In this document: positions 40,647 to 50,648 of the stretch, in pieces | Position numbering within the stretch: position 1 is the first letter of the stretch | Layout of the letters: every line of letters begins with the position of its first letter | Assembly: GCA_017399065.1 (NCBI GenBank) | Contig: JAFQEL010000034.1 | Location: forward strand, 280-64,279 | Source of the DNA: Clostridia bacterium | GTDB lineage: Bacteria > Bacillota > Clostridia > Oscillospirales > Acutalibacteraceae | DNA: 64,000 nucleotides | Direction of reading: 5' to 3' | Notes under the pieces: generated by a model | What the model saw: only the letters and a program-made list of their open reading frames with translations | Database searches by the model: none | What the model was told of the DNA's origin: nothing | Position numbers and translations under genes: made by a program

Positions 40647-42818
40647 GTGATAAATATGGGATACCAAAGAGAGCTGAAAACAGACTGGAAAGCCAAGTGG
40701 ATATGGCTTGATGAAGAAAAAGCAGGCAAAAACGTATGGATTTGCTTTAACAAAAAAGTAAATATCGACATAGTGCCTGACGAGCTTACCGCACGTATTG
40801 CAGCAGAAAACAAATATATGCTGTACATAAACGGTGAGTGTATTGAGCGCGAGGGCGGTCTCAAGCGAGGTCCCTCACCTACGGGCTGCTATTTTGATGA
40901 AATTGATATTGCAAAGCATCTCACCGTCGGTGATAATCTTATAAGCATACTTGTATGGTATTGGGGTAATGAAGCAAGCTACTCAAGCTCTGACGCAGGT
41001 CAGGGCGGTCTGCTTTTCGAAGCAGAAAACGGCGAACTTTCAATTATATCTGACAGCAGCTGGAGCGTTCTGAAGCACCCTGCTTTTAAAGAGGACAAAG
41101 GCAAGCTTCAGCCTAACTACAGAATACCTGAAAGCAATATTTATTTTGATGCACGCTGTGATATTGCCGACTGGAACAAAACCGATTACGATTTTTCAAG
41201 TTGGGCAAAGGCAACCGAATACGCTGAAGGCTGTGAAGGCTGCTGGGGCGAGCTTTACAGCAGAGATATCCCGATGTTCAAAGATTTCGGACTTAAGGAC
41301 TATCTCAACAGCAAAGAATACGAAGGCAAAAGCTTTGCTCTCAAGAAAAAAATTACGCTCCAAGTCCCTTATAACGCACAGCTTACACCTTACCTTAAGG
41401 TTGAAGCGAAAGGCGGCAAAAAAATTGTTATCACAACCGAAAACACTCACACGGGTGCAGTTCACAGCACATATGTGACAAAAGACGGAATTCAGGAATT
41501 TGAATCTCCCGCGTGGTTTAACGGCGAGATGATAACCTACGAAATCCCGTCGGGTGTTAAAATAATCAGCCTCAAATACAGAGAAAGCGGCTATAACACA
41601 GAATTCTGCGGTGATTTCAACTGCGAAAACGCCGCTATGAATACGCTGTGGCAGAAGTCGCTTCGCACTCTCTATGTTACGATGAGAGATAATTTTATGG
41701 ACTGCCCCGACAGAGAAAGAGCACAGTGGTGGGGCGACGTTACGAACGAAATGATGATGACGATGTATTCTCTTTCACTTTCGTCACACCTTCTTTACCG
41801 CAAGGGTGTCAGCACGATGCTGGCTTACATCGACCCTGCAACAAAAGTTTTACAGACAGTTGTGCCGATAAAGAACGACTATTTTGAGCTCCCCTGTCAA
41901 CAGCTTGCAGGTGTAGTCGGCTTCCGGACATATTATATGTACACGGGCGACAAAGAGTTTATCAAATCTGTTTACTCTGCGGCTAAAGATTACGTAAACC
42001 TCTGGAATATCGGTGAAAACGGCCTTGTCGAACACAGAAGCGGCTCCTGGGACTGGCAGGACTGGGGCGACAAAATTGACGTTATCCCCCTTGAAAATGC
42101 TTGGTATTACTATGCTCTGTCAAGTGTTAAAAATATGGCTGAGCTGCTCGGAGATAAAGATACTGCTTCAGAATTTGACAGCAGAATAAAATCGCTTTAT
42201 ACAGCATATCAGACATTGTGGGACGGCAACGGATACCGCAGTAATGATAATGAGGGATATGACGACAGAGGCAACGCCGTTGCAGTGCTTTCAGGATTAT
42301 GTCCCGAAGAAAATTACAGCAAAATTAAAGATATACTTTTCGGCACAAGAAACTCAAGCCCTTATATGGAATATTATGCACTCGAATCACTTTGCCGTAT
42401 CGGTGAATTCGTACTTGCAGAAAAAAGAATGTGCGAAAGATACGGTGAGATGATTGAAGAAGATTACTCAACACTCTGGGAAAACTGGATCAAAAATGAC
42501 GGCACGTCAAACCACGCGTGGTCAGGCGGTCCGCTTGTAATAATGAGCAAGCATATCGCAGGTATCAGGCCGCTCAGTGCAGGATACGAAAAAGCAGAAA
42601 TCAGACCGCAGTATTATTTACATAATAAAATCAACTGTACTGTACCGACAATAAAAGGCTTTATAAAATTCAGCTACGAAAAGCAGAATAATAACTCAAC
42701 AATAAATCTTGAATATCCCGAAGGCTGTAGAATAACGCTTTACGTACCCGAAAATGCAATGGTTACCGTAAACGGGAAGACATTTGCAGCAGACAAAACA
42801 GTATATGAATTAAAATAA
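40647..42818 (+). CDS. GH78-family alpha-L-rhamnosidase-like glycoside hydrolase (cytoplasmic)
   Basis: N-terminal rhamnosidase beta-sandwich (AKWIW.., ..YINGE..), MDCPDRERAQWWGD hallmark, and a six-hairpin C-terminal region. Confidence 0.75.
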   Translation: MINMGYQRELKTDWKAKWIWLDEEKAGKNVWICFNKKVNIDIVPDELTARIAAENKYMLYINGECIEREGGLKRGPSPTGCYFDEIDIAKHLTVGDNLISILVWYWGNEASYSSSDAGQGGLLFEAENGELSIISDSSWSVLKHPAFKEDKGKLQPNYRIPESNIYFDARCDIADWNKTDYDFSSWAKATEYAEGCEGCWGELYSRDIPMFKDFGLKDYLNSKEYEGKSFALKKKITLQVPYNAQLTPYLKVEAKGGKKIVITTENTHTGAVHSTYVTKDGIQEFESPAWFNGEMITYEIPSGVKIISLKYRESGYNTEFCGDFNCENAAMNTLWQKSLRTLYVTMRDNFMDCPDRERAQWWGDVTNEMMMTMYSLSLSSHLLYRKGVSTMLAYIDPATKVLQTVVPIKNDYFELPCQQLAGVVGFRTYYMYTGDKEFIKSVYSAAKDYVNLWNIGENGLVEHRSGSWDWQDWGDKIDVIPLENAWYYYALSSVKNMAELLGDKDTASEFDSRIKSLYTAYQTLWDGNGYRSNDNEGYDDRGNAVAVLSGLCPEENYSKIKDILFGTRNSSPYMEYYALESLCRIGEFVLAEKRMCERYGEMIEEDYSTLWENWIKNDGTSNHAWSGGPLVIMSKHIAGIRPLSAGYEKAEIRPQYYLHNKINCTVPTIKGFIKFSYEKQNNNSTINLEYPEGCRITLYVPENAMVTVNGKTFAADKTVYELK

Positions 42819-42820
42819 AG

Positions 42821-42858
42821 AAAGCATCAATCTCTTACTCAGGGATTGATGCTTTTTC
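42821..42858. terminator. Bidirectional terminator overlapping the 3' end of the PnuC-like gene
   Basis: AAAGCATCAATC..GATTGATGCTTT hairpin plus a T-run. Confidence 0.6.
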
Positions 42859-43506
42859 CTGTTGCTGTTCTTTATAGAATTTCTGCACCGATATAAACGC
42901 ACCGATTACACAGTAGAGTGCATACACACCGTAAACGAGGTAAGTTGTTTCTTTGATATCAATGAAAACCATCTGAACATTGAGGAACAGACCGATTACC
43001 GCCTGCACAATCCAGAGATACGTATACTCGATATATGCGAGCATTGTAAGAATCTGCACGATAACTCCTAAAAGGAATAATATACTGTCAAGCAAAGCGT
43101 ACTCGTAATTCAGGTAGTAGCAAACACCTGCAATGACTGCCCATAAAGCAAGAACGCTTACCAAAAATATAACGCGTGTTTTGATTGACATTTTTTTGAA
43201 AACAGCAGTTTTTTTATATGCATTTTTCTTCCATCTGAAAAAAGTTATAAGCTGAAGAGGGAAGCTTAAAAGTAACGCCTGCACTGCCGAAAGATAAACG
43301 CCCATATAAATATAGCATCCCGCGTATAAAAGCGAATTCATTGCTCCCATCAGCGGACCGAGACGGTTAGCCTCGGACTGAAAAGCCATAACCAAAAGCG
43401 AAATGAACAGCGGTATCATAAGGAAAAACTCCTGCTTACAGAGAATACCCGTAATAAGTATCACTATGCCCGTTATGACAATAATTATTTTTTTATAAAG
43501 CTTCAT
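42835..43506 (-). CDS. PnuC-like nicotinamide riboside transporter (7-TM)
   Basis: Size, topology, and conserved QSEANR.. and ..FFRWKKN.. regions resemble PnuC. Not searched against a database. Confidence 0.45.
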   Translation of the reverse strand: MKLYKKIIIVITGIVILITGILCKQEFFLMIPLFISLLVMAFQSEANRLGPLMGAMNSLLYAGCYIYMGVYLSAVQALLLSFPLQLITFFRWKKNAYKKTAVFKKMSIKTRVIFLVSVLALWAVIAGVCYYLNYEYALLDSILFLLGVIVQILTMLAYIEYTYLWIVQAVIGLFLNVQMVFIDIKETTYLVYGVYALYCVIGAFISVQKFYKEQQQEKASIPE

Positions 43507-43563
43507 AAAAAAAGTCCTTCATTTGCAAAATCCGACTTATTTTATCACAAATATAACACGCAA

Positions 43564-45306
43564 TCAATAGCTGTAGCAAAGTCTGCCGTAAGGTGCGGCA
43601 TCACCAGAAGTATAGAACGAATACACGTCATTTTCGGTATAATTATCTGCCCATTTAAACGAGAGCGAATCGAAATCGCCGACAAGTGCTTTTGAGACAG
43701 AAAGCATAAGCTTATTGCCTTCAAAGCGGATATCGGCTTCACTGATTTTGGTAAACGTACCGTTTTGGTTAATCTCCACGGCTGTTTTACCGCCTGTTGG
43801 AGCTGTACGGTTGATGACGATATTTTCATTTATAAACAGCGTCATCCAGCTACCGCCGTCAGGTGAAGTCAGACTGTCTGCGGTTTCGACATAGAAATAG
43901 TAGTTATCCTTGTCATCCGCAACCTTCATTTTTACAATATCGTTTCTTCCTGAGTTATCCGTAACAGCGTTGCCTGCAAAGTCAACAGAGTTTCTGGGAA
44001 CGGTGTCATTCACGTAATCTTTATAGACAGATGTTATTCTATCAGAATCCCACTGAGAAAACGCACTGCTGATATCAACTGTTATATTTTCGTTTCTTGA
44101 TACCTTTGCTGTAGTGCCCTTGAATTTTGCGATATAATTAACCATCTGCATATAGTAGTTATCGCCGAGCACACCTGCGGAAGGCTCAACGTCACGCGAA
44201 TTGTTTTCATCTGCACAGTCGACAAATATTATCGGATATCCTGCCTGAGGCGGCTGACGCTGTGCAATCCACTCATTAAATCCGGTTATAAAGATAATAT
44301 CCGGATTCATTTTAAGAGCAAACTCCGACTGCTCTGCAAAATTATAGCCGTAGAGCATTGCGTTTTCAGATGTATCATTAGCTCCGTTATGCCATGAGCG
44401 AGAGCGGTCATTTGCACCGTACCACGCAGTTTTGCTGAATGTGCAGGTCTGCGAGTGCTGTGCAACAGAAACATTCATAACAGAAACTCCGTTGCTCTTG
44501 TAAAAAGACTTGTATGTAAGCGAGCGGTCAAACTCCATCCACGGGAATCCGTCATCACGTTTTTCTTCATTTGGCCACTGTGAAGTTTTAATTCTGAAGT
44601 ATTCCCTAACCTCGGGTCTGATCTCACCGTCATATTCGTTACCGACAATCATAGGCTTACCATTCATATAAAACCAGAGCTTGTCAAGCTCGGGATATTT
44701 TGCCCTGAGGTCGGCATTGTTATAAATCTCGTCATAGATTCTGTTTATTGTATGAGCAGAATATGAATTGGTATAATATGCAATTTTCGGCACATTGTAG
44801 CCCTGAAGCATAAATTCATACCATACAGATATAAGTTTCTTGGCAGGTTCAGAGTATGTGAATGCATTTGTTGTATCGATAACAATAAAATCAACAGCAG
44901 CATCCGTCAGCATCTGCACATGTTTTCTGTAAATCCATTCATCACTTGCAGAGTAATAGCCAAGTAAAGGCTCACCCCAATAATGGAACTCATTTACATC
45001 ACCGCCGCCTGCGGCATACCACGCTTCTTCTGAAGTGACAGCTTCAGGATGTTCTGAAACAAGCTTTGAGTTGTCAATAATCCGTGTGCTTCCGTGTTGA
45101 CCGTGCCATAGGAAATAAAACACACCTACCAATTTTTCGCTCTCGCCTGCCGTGACAACACTTCTGCCAAGAGCATCAGTGCACACAAGTGAGCCGTTAA
45201 CATCAATCGTATTCACTTCAGGTTTACCTGCACCGGTAAACAGATTTAACACAGTCATAAAAGCAAGCACAATTGAAGTTATTATTTTCACAAAAAAATT
45301 ACTCAT
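43564..45306 (-). CDS. Secreted putative glycoside hydrolase-like protein (TIM-barrel-like N-domain plus C-terminal beta-sandwich)
   Basis: Signal peptide. ..VGVFYFLWHGQHG.., ..DFIVIDTTN.., ..FITGFNEWIAQRQ.. are reminiscent of GH99/GH71-like folds. Family not established. Confidence 0.3.
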   Translation of the reverse strand: MSNFFVKIITSIVLAFMTVLNLFTGAGKPEVNTIDVNGSLVCTDALGRSVVTAGESEKLVGVFYFLWHGQHGSTRIIDNSKLVSEHPEAVTSEEAWYAAGGGDVNEFHYWGEPLLGYYSASDEWIYRKHVQMLTDAAVDFIVIDTTNAFTYSEPAKKLISVWYEFMLQGYNVPKIAYYTNSYSAHTINRIYDEIYNNADLRAKYPELDKLWFYMNGKPMIVGNEYDGEIRPEVREYFRIKTSQWPNEEKRDDGFPWMEFDRSLTYKSFYKSNGVSVMNVSVAQHSQTCTFSKTAWYGANDRSRSWHNGANDTSENAMLYGYNFAEQSEFALKMNPDIIFITGFNEWIAQRQPPQAGYPIIFVDCADENNSRDVEPSAGVLGDNYYMQMVNYIAKFKGTTAKVSRNENITVDISSAFSQWDSDRITSVYKDYVNDTVPRNSVDFAGNAVTDNSGRNDIVKMKVADDKDNYYFYVETADSLTSPDGGSWMTLFINENIVINRTAPTGGKTAVEINQNGTFTKISEADIRFEGNKLMLSVSKALVGDFDSLSFKWADNYTENDVYSFYTSGDAAPYGRLCYSY

Positions 45307-45311
45307 AGCTT

Positions 45312-46130
45312 TTATATCCTTTCTGCAAACAGATTACCGAGTTTTACCGTACAATCCGAATCGTAGTGAGCTGTATCAACGTCAGGCTGAGGCTCATTTT
45401 TGGTTGTAAGCCCCTCTGCGATAGTGTCGATATAAAATCTGCTATCGGCTTTTTCTGCGATAGCTTTTTTAACCTCATTAATCTCACGGTAAAGCGGCCA
45501 TATTTCGGATATACCGCCGTCAATAAAAACGCAGTTTTTACAATAACTACCAAATTTCTCGGTAAAATCAGAAAGCAACGCTTCATAACGTGCAGAATAG
45601 CCCGAAACGTGTTCCTGTGTATCAGCATCACTTTCTCCCTGCATCCAGCAAAAAGCAATAATTTCGGGCAAATACTGCCTGTTTTTCAGTTCTGCTATAC
45701 TTTCGCTCATTATTGCCACAAGCTCGTTATAACACCAGCCTGCTTTACGGTTATTTTCACCCTCTGCACGGGCATTTTCATCGTAGTCACCGCCACATGA
45801 AGGAGACAACCAATCGTGAAATAAATTAGTACCGCCGAACGCACATTTTACGATAAAAAACTCTTCGCCGGGATATTTACGGTCAAGAGTCTGTGCAATA
45901 CCGACCTCGGGACCAAAGGTATTTTTTGAGACCTCGGTACAGCCAAAGCTTACCGGCACAAAACCGCCGCTCTTTTTATCGTGAGAAAAATAATTTATAA
46001 GTATGTTTTTATATCCGCTCATAAATCCTGCAACTGTGTCAGAATCAAAATGCCTCGGCAGATAATCGACCCAGCCGACACCTACCGCATTTGACTGACC
46101 TGCAAGCACAATGATTTTTGATTTTTTCAT
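45312..46130 (-). CDS. SASA-family carbohydrate O-acetylesterase (sialate O-acetylesterase/CE6-like)
   Basis: MKKSKIIVLAGQSNAVG.. (GQSN block). ATG 46130 lies 6 nt after GAGGTG. The track's 46139 GTG is part of that RBS. Confidence 0.7.
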   Translation of the reverse strand: MKKSKIIVLAGQSNAVGVGWVDYLPRHFDSDTVAGFMSGYKNILINYFSHDKKSGGFVPVSFGCTEVSKNTFGPEVGIAQTLDRKYPGEEFFIVKCAFGGTNLFHDWLSPSCGGDYDENARAEGENNRKAGWCYNELVAIMSESIAELKNRQYLPEIIAFCWMQGESDADTQEHVSGYSARYEALLSDFTEKFGSYCKNCVFIDGGISEIWPLYREINEVKKAIAEKADSRFYIDTIAEGLTTKNEPQPDVDTAHYDSDCTVKLGNLFAERI

Positions 46131-46409
46131 ATGCCGCACCTCGCCGTATGGAGTTATAATAAGTATATCACATATATAAGAAAATTTCTAATATCCCACT
46201 TAAAAAAATAATCAAAATTTCACTATATGTAACAAACAAGTTAACAACAGTATTTATTATTCCAAACAAGCATTATAACTGCTTTTTACAGATTTTTATT
46301 ATTGACACCACACCAAGATTAATGATAAGATAACGCAAATGCTCCGAATTACGACTTTTTCAGCCATAATCCGGGGCTTTAATTATGAAATAAAGGAGTA
46401 AATTTTTTA

Positions 46410-46991
46410 ATGAGCAACACTAACGAAAATAAGGGCTTCAAGCTCTTACACAAACCGCCGAAGGGTAAGCTTCAGGCACTGGTACTTGTATTCTTATGGA
46501 TAGCACTATGGAATGTCGTTTACGAAACAGTCCATATTCTCGGCATTATGCCTCACGAAGGTCTGCGTATAGTTAACTGGCCTTTCTTTATCAGCGTAGC
46601 TATTTTCTTCCTTCAGGAAGAGCTTTCTTACAAAGACCGCTTCCTTCACACACTCTGCGGCGGTGCAGTAGGTCTGCTCCTCGCAGCGGCAGTAAGCCTA
46701 AGTGTAAAAGCGCTTACGGGTGCCGGTCTCTCTTACCTTGCAGCTGTATGTATTCCCCTTGTATTCATAATCGGTTTGCTTATCCTTACAAGACCATTTA
46801 TCCCCATGTTCTTTAACGACGTCGGTTTTGTTTATCTTATTTGCTCGTTTATTCAGAGCGATAAAATCATCCCGGACCTTCCCAGCCATATGCTTTCACT
46901 TGTACTCGGTTCAATAATACTCAACCTCGGTGCAAGCGGAATCATTACGCTTTACAAGAAGAGCAGAGCCAAGAAAGCCACAAAGAAATAA
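46410..46991 (+). CDS. Hypothetical polytopic membrane protein
   Basis: Five or six hydrophobic segments. RBS AAAGGAG. Confidence 0.5.
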   Translation: MSNTNENKGFKLLHKPPKGKLQALVLVFLWIALWNVVYETVHILGIMPHEGLRIVNWPFFISVAIFFLQEELSYKDRFLHTLCGGAVGLLLAAAVSLSVKALTGAGLSYLAAVCIPLVFIIGLLILTRPFIPMFFNDVGFVYLICSFIQSDKIIPDLPSHMLSLVLGSIILNLGASGIITLYKKSRAKKATKK

Positions 46992-46998
46992 GACAAGC

Positions 46999-47038
46999 AA
47001 AGAAGCTGTAAAAACTTTCGTTTTTACAGCTTCTTTTA
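46999..47038. terminator. Terminator hairpin between convergent genes
   Basis: AAGAAGCTGTAAAAAC..GTTTTTACAGCTTCTT perfect stem plus TTT. Confidence 0.75.
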
Positions 47039-47119
47039 ATCGCCAGGCTTTTACACCTGCAGACTCCCTTATTCTATATGGTTTTATGCGATCTTCGCTT
47101 TTTTACATCCCCTATTTTA

Positions 47120-48214
47120 TCACCATCTGTTTTCCACATACTCGCAGAATGTGAAAAGGTCTTTTATTTCGAGCTTTGTGCCGTCATCGAGAGTTACGTC
47201 ACCGTTCCATACACCGTAAACCTGGTGACAATTCATCCTGCCTATTTTCAAATCTACATCAGAATGGTTATCAAAAGTAGGCTGCATTGTCATATTGAAT
47301 CTGCCGTCCTCCGATATAAATTCCCACGGCTCAAGAAATCTGCCTTTGGGGAACTTCTTAACATCTACAGCACCGATCTTATGCACCTTTCCGTCATAGA
47401 AAAGGCAGGTTTCCGTAGCGTGGCTCTCATCACCTATCGCCCAGGTTATCTCAAAGCCGAAGAGATGCTTTTCGCCCTTGTCGTCTGTTATATACTGACT
47501 GCCGCAGCCCCAATACCACACCATTTTATGTATGGTATTGACTCTGCCCCAATCGAGCGCACAAAAAGCTTTATCCTTAGTAAATTCGTAAACATAGTCG
47601 CCGACTTTAAACTTACCTTCGCACGGCATACAAACCTGCTTGGTCGTCATAAAGTACTTTGTTTTGTGACCTTCAAAAGGAAAAACGGTTGTAATGCTTT
47701 CAAGCTCTTCGGGAATTTCCATAGTAGCGGTAACTTCAACGGGTTTTCCTTTGTACTCACCCTTATACCAGAGCGTACGCTCGTTCTCTTTTGTGTGAAA
47801 GTCAAGCTCTGTTTTGCCGATTTTATCTTTATAGCGTGAGGGTGAATCGGGCTTGGAATGACAAACGTGTTTATTTGCACCTGCAAAATATGCAACGGAG
47901 TCACAAATAACCTCACCTGTTCTGAGGTTAATAAGTCTTGCCGCAGCATAGCCGCCGATATTTATGTTTGCAAAGCTGACAAGAATCTGCATTTCATCAT
48001 CGGCGATAGTATAAAAATCCCACTCTTTTCTGCTGATTATACCCTTTCTGACATAGTCACGGTTATATTCAAACAGATTTTTTCTTGCCCATCCCTTTGC
48101 AAGCAAGGTGCCATCGGGGGAGAGCAAAGGTGTAGGCTCGGTATATTCGGTCTGTTTTGACTTTTCTTTCCAATCCGTAAAAGGAACGTAAGTTTTTTTC
48201 AACTCGCCGCTCAT
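47120..48214 (-). CDS. DUF2804-like protein
   Basis: Size (364 aa) and ..GWARKNLFEYNRD..RKEWDFYTI.. N-terminal pattern match my recollection of the family. Unverified. Confidence 0.5.
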   Translation of the reverse strand: MSGELKKTYVPFTDWKEKSKQTEYTEPTPLLSPDGTLLAKGWARKNLFEYNRDYVRKGIISRKEWDFYTIADDEMQILVSFANINIGGYAAARLINLRTGEVICDSVAYFAGANKHVCHSKPDSPSRYKDKIGKTELDFHTKENERTLWYKGEYKGKPVEVTATMEIPEELESITTVFPFEGHKTKYFMTTKQVCMPCEGKFKVGDYVYEFTKDKAFCALDWGRVNTIHKMVWYWGCGSQYITDDKGEKHLFGFEITWAIGDESHATETCLFYDGKVHKIGAVDVKKFPKGRFLEPWEFISEDGRFNMTMQPTFDNHSDVDLKIGRMNCHQVYGVWNGDVTLDDGTKLEIKDLFTFCEYVENRW

Positions 48215-48305
48215 TACTTTTCTCCTCTTTTAAGTATATCAGCATTCATCTTGCCGTTATGTTTTGATATACCGATTTCTGCACTATTAAATGCTATTAA
48301 TAATA

Positions 48306-48920
48306 TTACTTTGAAAACAAAGCTGATTTTTTCAACGCTGAAGCTAAATCGCGCTCTGAAACAGGTGAAAACTCAATCAGCTCATAATGTTTTTCAGGTA
48401 CACCTTCAAGCATTGAGCTTTCAATAAATATAACAGCTTTACTGCATCTGTTTTCGCCTAAGAATTCATTAACCGCTTCGATTTCTTTCTTAATTTCCGA
48501 CTCAAGCAAAACACAGTCTTTTGCATCATAAGCAAACCACTCTTCTCTTTCTTTATCGAAATAAACCGAATCTGAATCATAATCACAAATAAGCAGCGTA
48601 TCTTTATAAACAAAGTACCCGTATCCGGCTTCTTTAATCTGATTATTTCTGTAATACTCAACGGGAAGTTCAGCAGCTTTTACCGCATTATAAAACACTA
48701 CGTATTCCGAAGAAGCACACATCCACGTGTATTTTTCGTGAGTATCCCGATAATATCGTGACTTTTTATATTTAAAATAATCCGATACAGTTTTAATCAA
48801 AAACAAAATTAAAATAATCGGTGAAAATATAATAAATAATACAGCAATAAAAAAAGTGAACAAAGCTTCACCGAATTTTTTGAAGAATAGTTTCATAGAC
48901 ATCATCTCTTTCCAAAACAC
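48306..48920 (-). CDS. Hypothetical membrane-anchored protein
   Basis: N-terminal TM helix and a soluble acidic C-domain. No recognisable motif. Confidence 0.45.
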   Translation of the reverse strand: MFWKEMMSMKLFFKKFGEALFTFFIAVLFIIFSPIILILFLIKTVSDYFKYKKSRYYRDTHEKYTWMCASSEYVVFYNAVKAAELPVEYYRNNQIKEAGYGYFVYKDTLLICDYDSDSVYFDKEREEWFAYDAKDCVLLESEIKKEIEAVNEFLGENRCSKAVIFIESSMLEGVPEKHYELIEFSPVSERDLASALKKSALFSK

Positions 48921-48946
48921 TTCTTATTTTTCTTTATTTATTATTC

Positions 48947-49279
48947 TTAGAACACATCCGATAATAATTTGCAAAAACGAAATCCCAACTGAAGATAACA
49001 AAATATTTTTCCTAATAGGCTTTCTCCGGTTGTTTCGAGCAGCATTACACCACCAACAGCAAATAAAACAAGTAAAAAAATACATTCAACTGCAATAAAA
49101 ACTCGAATCTTATCCTTATTAATATTTTCGTTCTTGTTTGCAAAAAGCATCATTACTAATGCATAGCCTTGTACTATAGGTTGTATTATTATTTCAGTAA
49201 ATATTTCAAAAACAAAACTCATAAGCTCACCTAATAACACAATTATACTTATACATATAATAAAAATCAATAGTGTCAT
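48947..49279 (-). CDS. Hypothetical small membrane protein
   Basis: Three hydrophobic segments. AT-rich codon usage. Confidence 0.35.
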   Translation of the reverse strand: MTLLIFIICISIIVLLGELMSFVFEIFTEIIIQPIVQGYALVMMLFANKNENINKDKIRVFIAVECIFLLVLFAVGGVMLLETTGESLLGKIFCYLQLGFRFCKLLSDVF

Positions 49280-49335
49280 CGTTCAACACTAAAACAAAAG
49301 CACACCTGTTGGTGTACTTTTGTTTTGTCTGATTT

Positions 49336-50508
49336 TCACTTTCTGAACACAGATACAACTTTGCTTATCGCTTTGTATGCAGGTACTTCGAGCACTTTTT
49401 CGGCTTCTTTCAGCTGATTGCGTATCTCGATGCTCTGAGGACAATGGGTTTCGCATTTACCGCAACCGATACAGGCTGAAGCAGGTGCTGATTTGCCCTT
49501 GGTTGTACATTTGACATACTCTCTGAAGCCTGCAAAATTGCCGTCGGCAAAATGTCGGTTGTAAGCAGAAAAAGTACCGCTGATATTGATATTCTGAGGG
49601 CACGGCATACAGTATTCACAGCCCGTACAGCCGACCTTCATTTTAGAGTTGATAGCATTTACAACTCTTTTCAGCATCTCTTCATCGTTAGCGGTCAGTT
49701 CACCGATTTCCGTCTCTGATGCGGTCTTTATGTTATCTGCCACCATTTCATCGGAATTCATACCCGAAAGCACTACGCTGACTTCAGGCTGATTCCACAG
49801 CCAGCGAAAAGCCCACTGTGCAGGCGTATGCTGAACGGGATGTTTTAAAAATATATCCTTTGCCTCTGAAGGAAGATTATTGACAAGACGGCCGCCGCGG
49901 AGAGGCTCCATAATCATAACAGGAATTCCTTTTTCGTGCGCATGGTTGAGGCCCTTACGGCCTGCCTGAGTATGTTCATCCATATAATTGTACTGAATGA
50001 GGCACATATCCCAGTCGTAAGCATCTATAATCTTACAGAACATATCGGATTTACCGTGATATGAAAAGCCGACCTGACGGATTGCTCCGCTTTTTTTCTT
50101 ATCCTCTATCCATTTTTCAATACCGATACTTTTCAGACGTTCCCAGACCTTTATATCCGCCATCATATGCATAAGATAAAAATCTATATGGTCAGTACGT
50201 AATCTTTTCAGCTGCTCATTAAAAAGCTTATCAAGTATTTCTGTGCTGCGCATAAGCTGAGGAGGAAGCTTTGTTGCGATATACACCTTATCACGGATAT
50301 TATTCTTCTCAAAAATTTCGCCTATCGCAGATTCACTGCCAGGATATATGAAGGCTGTATCAAAGTAATTGACGCCGTTATTGAAAGCATTCATTACCTG
50401 ACGCTCGGCATCAGCCATATTGATTCTGCCCATTTTCTTTTTGAAACGCATACATCCGAAGCCTAAAACAGAAAGCTTATTGCCGTATTTATCCTCTCGG
50501 TATTTCAT
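49336..50508 (-). CDS. Aldo/keto reductase fused to a C-terminal 2x[4Fe-4S] ferredoxin-like domain
   Basis: AKR N-terminus (..LGFGCMRF..YFDTAFIYPGSE..) and C-terminal CTGCEYCMPC / CIGCGKCETHC clusters. ATG 50508 lies 6 nt after GGAGG. The track's 50526 is a TTG. Confidence 0.75.
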   Translation of the reverse strand: MKYREDKYGNKLSVLGFGCMRFKKKMGRINMADAERQVMNAFNNGVNYFDTAFIYPGSESAIGEIFEKNNIRDKVYIATKLPPQLMRSTEILDKLFNEQLKRLRTDHIDFYLMHMMADIKVWERLKSIGIEKWIEDKKKSGAIRQVGFSYHGKSDMFCKIIDAYDWDMCLIQYNYMDEHTQAGRKGLNHAHEKGIPVMIMEPLRGGRLVNNLPSEAKDIFLKHPVQHTPAQWAFRWLWNQPEVSVVLSGMNSDEMVADNIKTASETEIGELTANDEEMLKRVVNAINSKMKVGCTGCEYCMPCPQNINISGTFSAYNRHFADGNFAGFREYVKCTTKGKSAPASACIGCGKCETHCPQSIEIRNQLKEAEKVLEVPAYKAISKVVSVFRK

Positions 50509-50592
50509 GACCGACCTCCGAGCCAAACATTTTTCTATTTTATAATATAAATTATATCATATATTAATTTTATATTCAACAGAACATACATA

Positions 50593-50627
50593 TAAAAAGC
50601 TGACTCTGCTTTAAAAACAGAGTCAGC
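50593..50627 (-). terminator. Rho-independent terminator ending the ACS-VOR-ilvE operon
   Basis: On the minus strand, GCTGACTCTG..CAGAGTCAGC hairpin followed by a U-run. Confidence 0.75.
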
Positions 50628-50648
50628 ATAAAAACTAATATTTACAAA

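Noticed and set aside
47078-47839. 253-aa plus-strand ORF overlapping the DUF2804-like gene
   Set aside because: It is antisense to a 364-aa ORF with coherent protein-like sequence. It has no RBS and an odd composition, so it is a shadow ORF.
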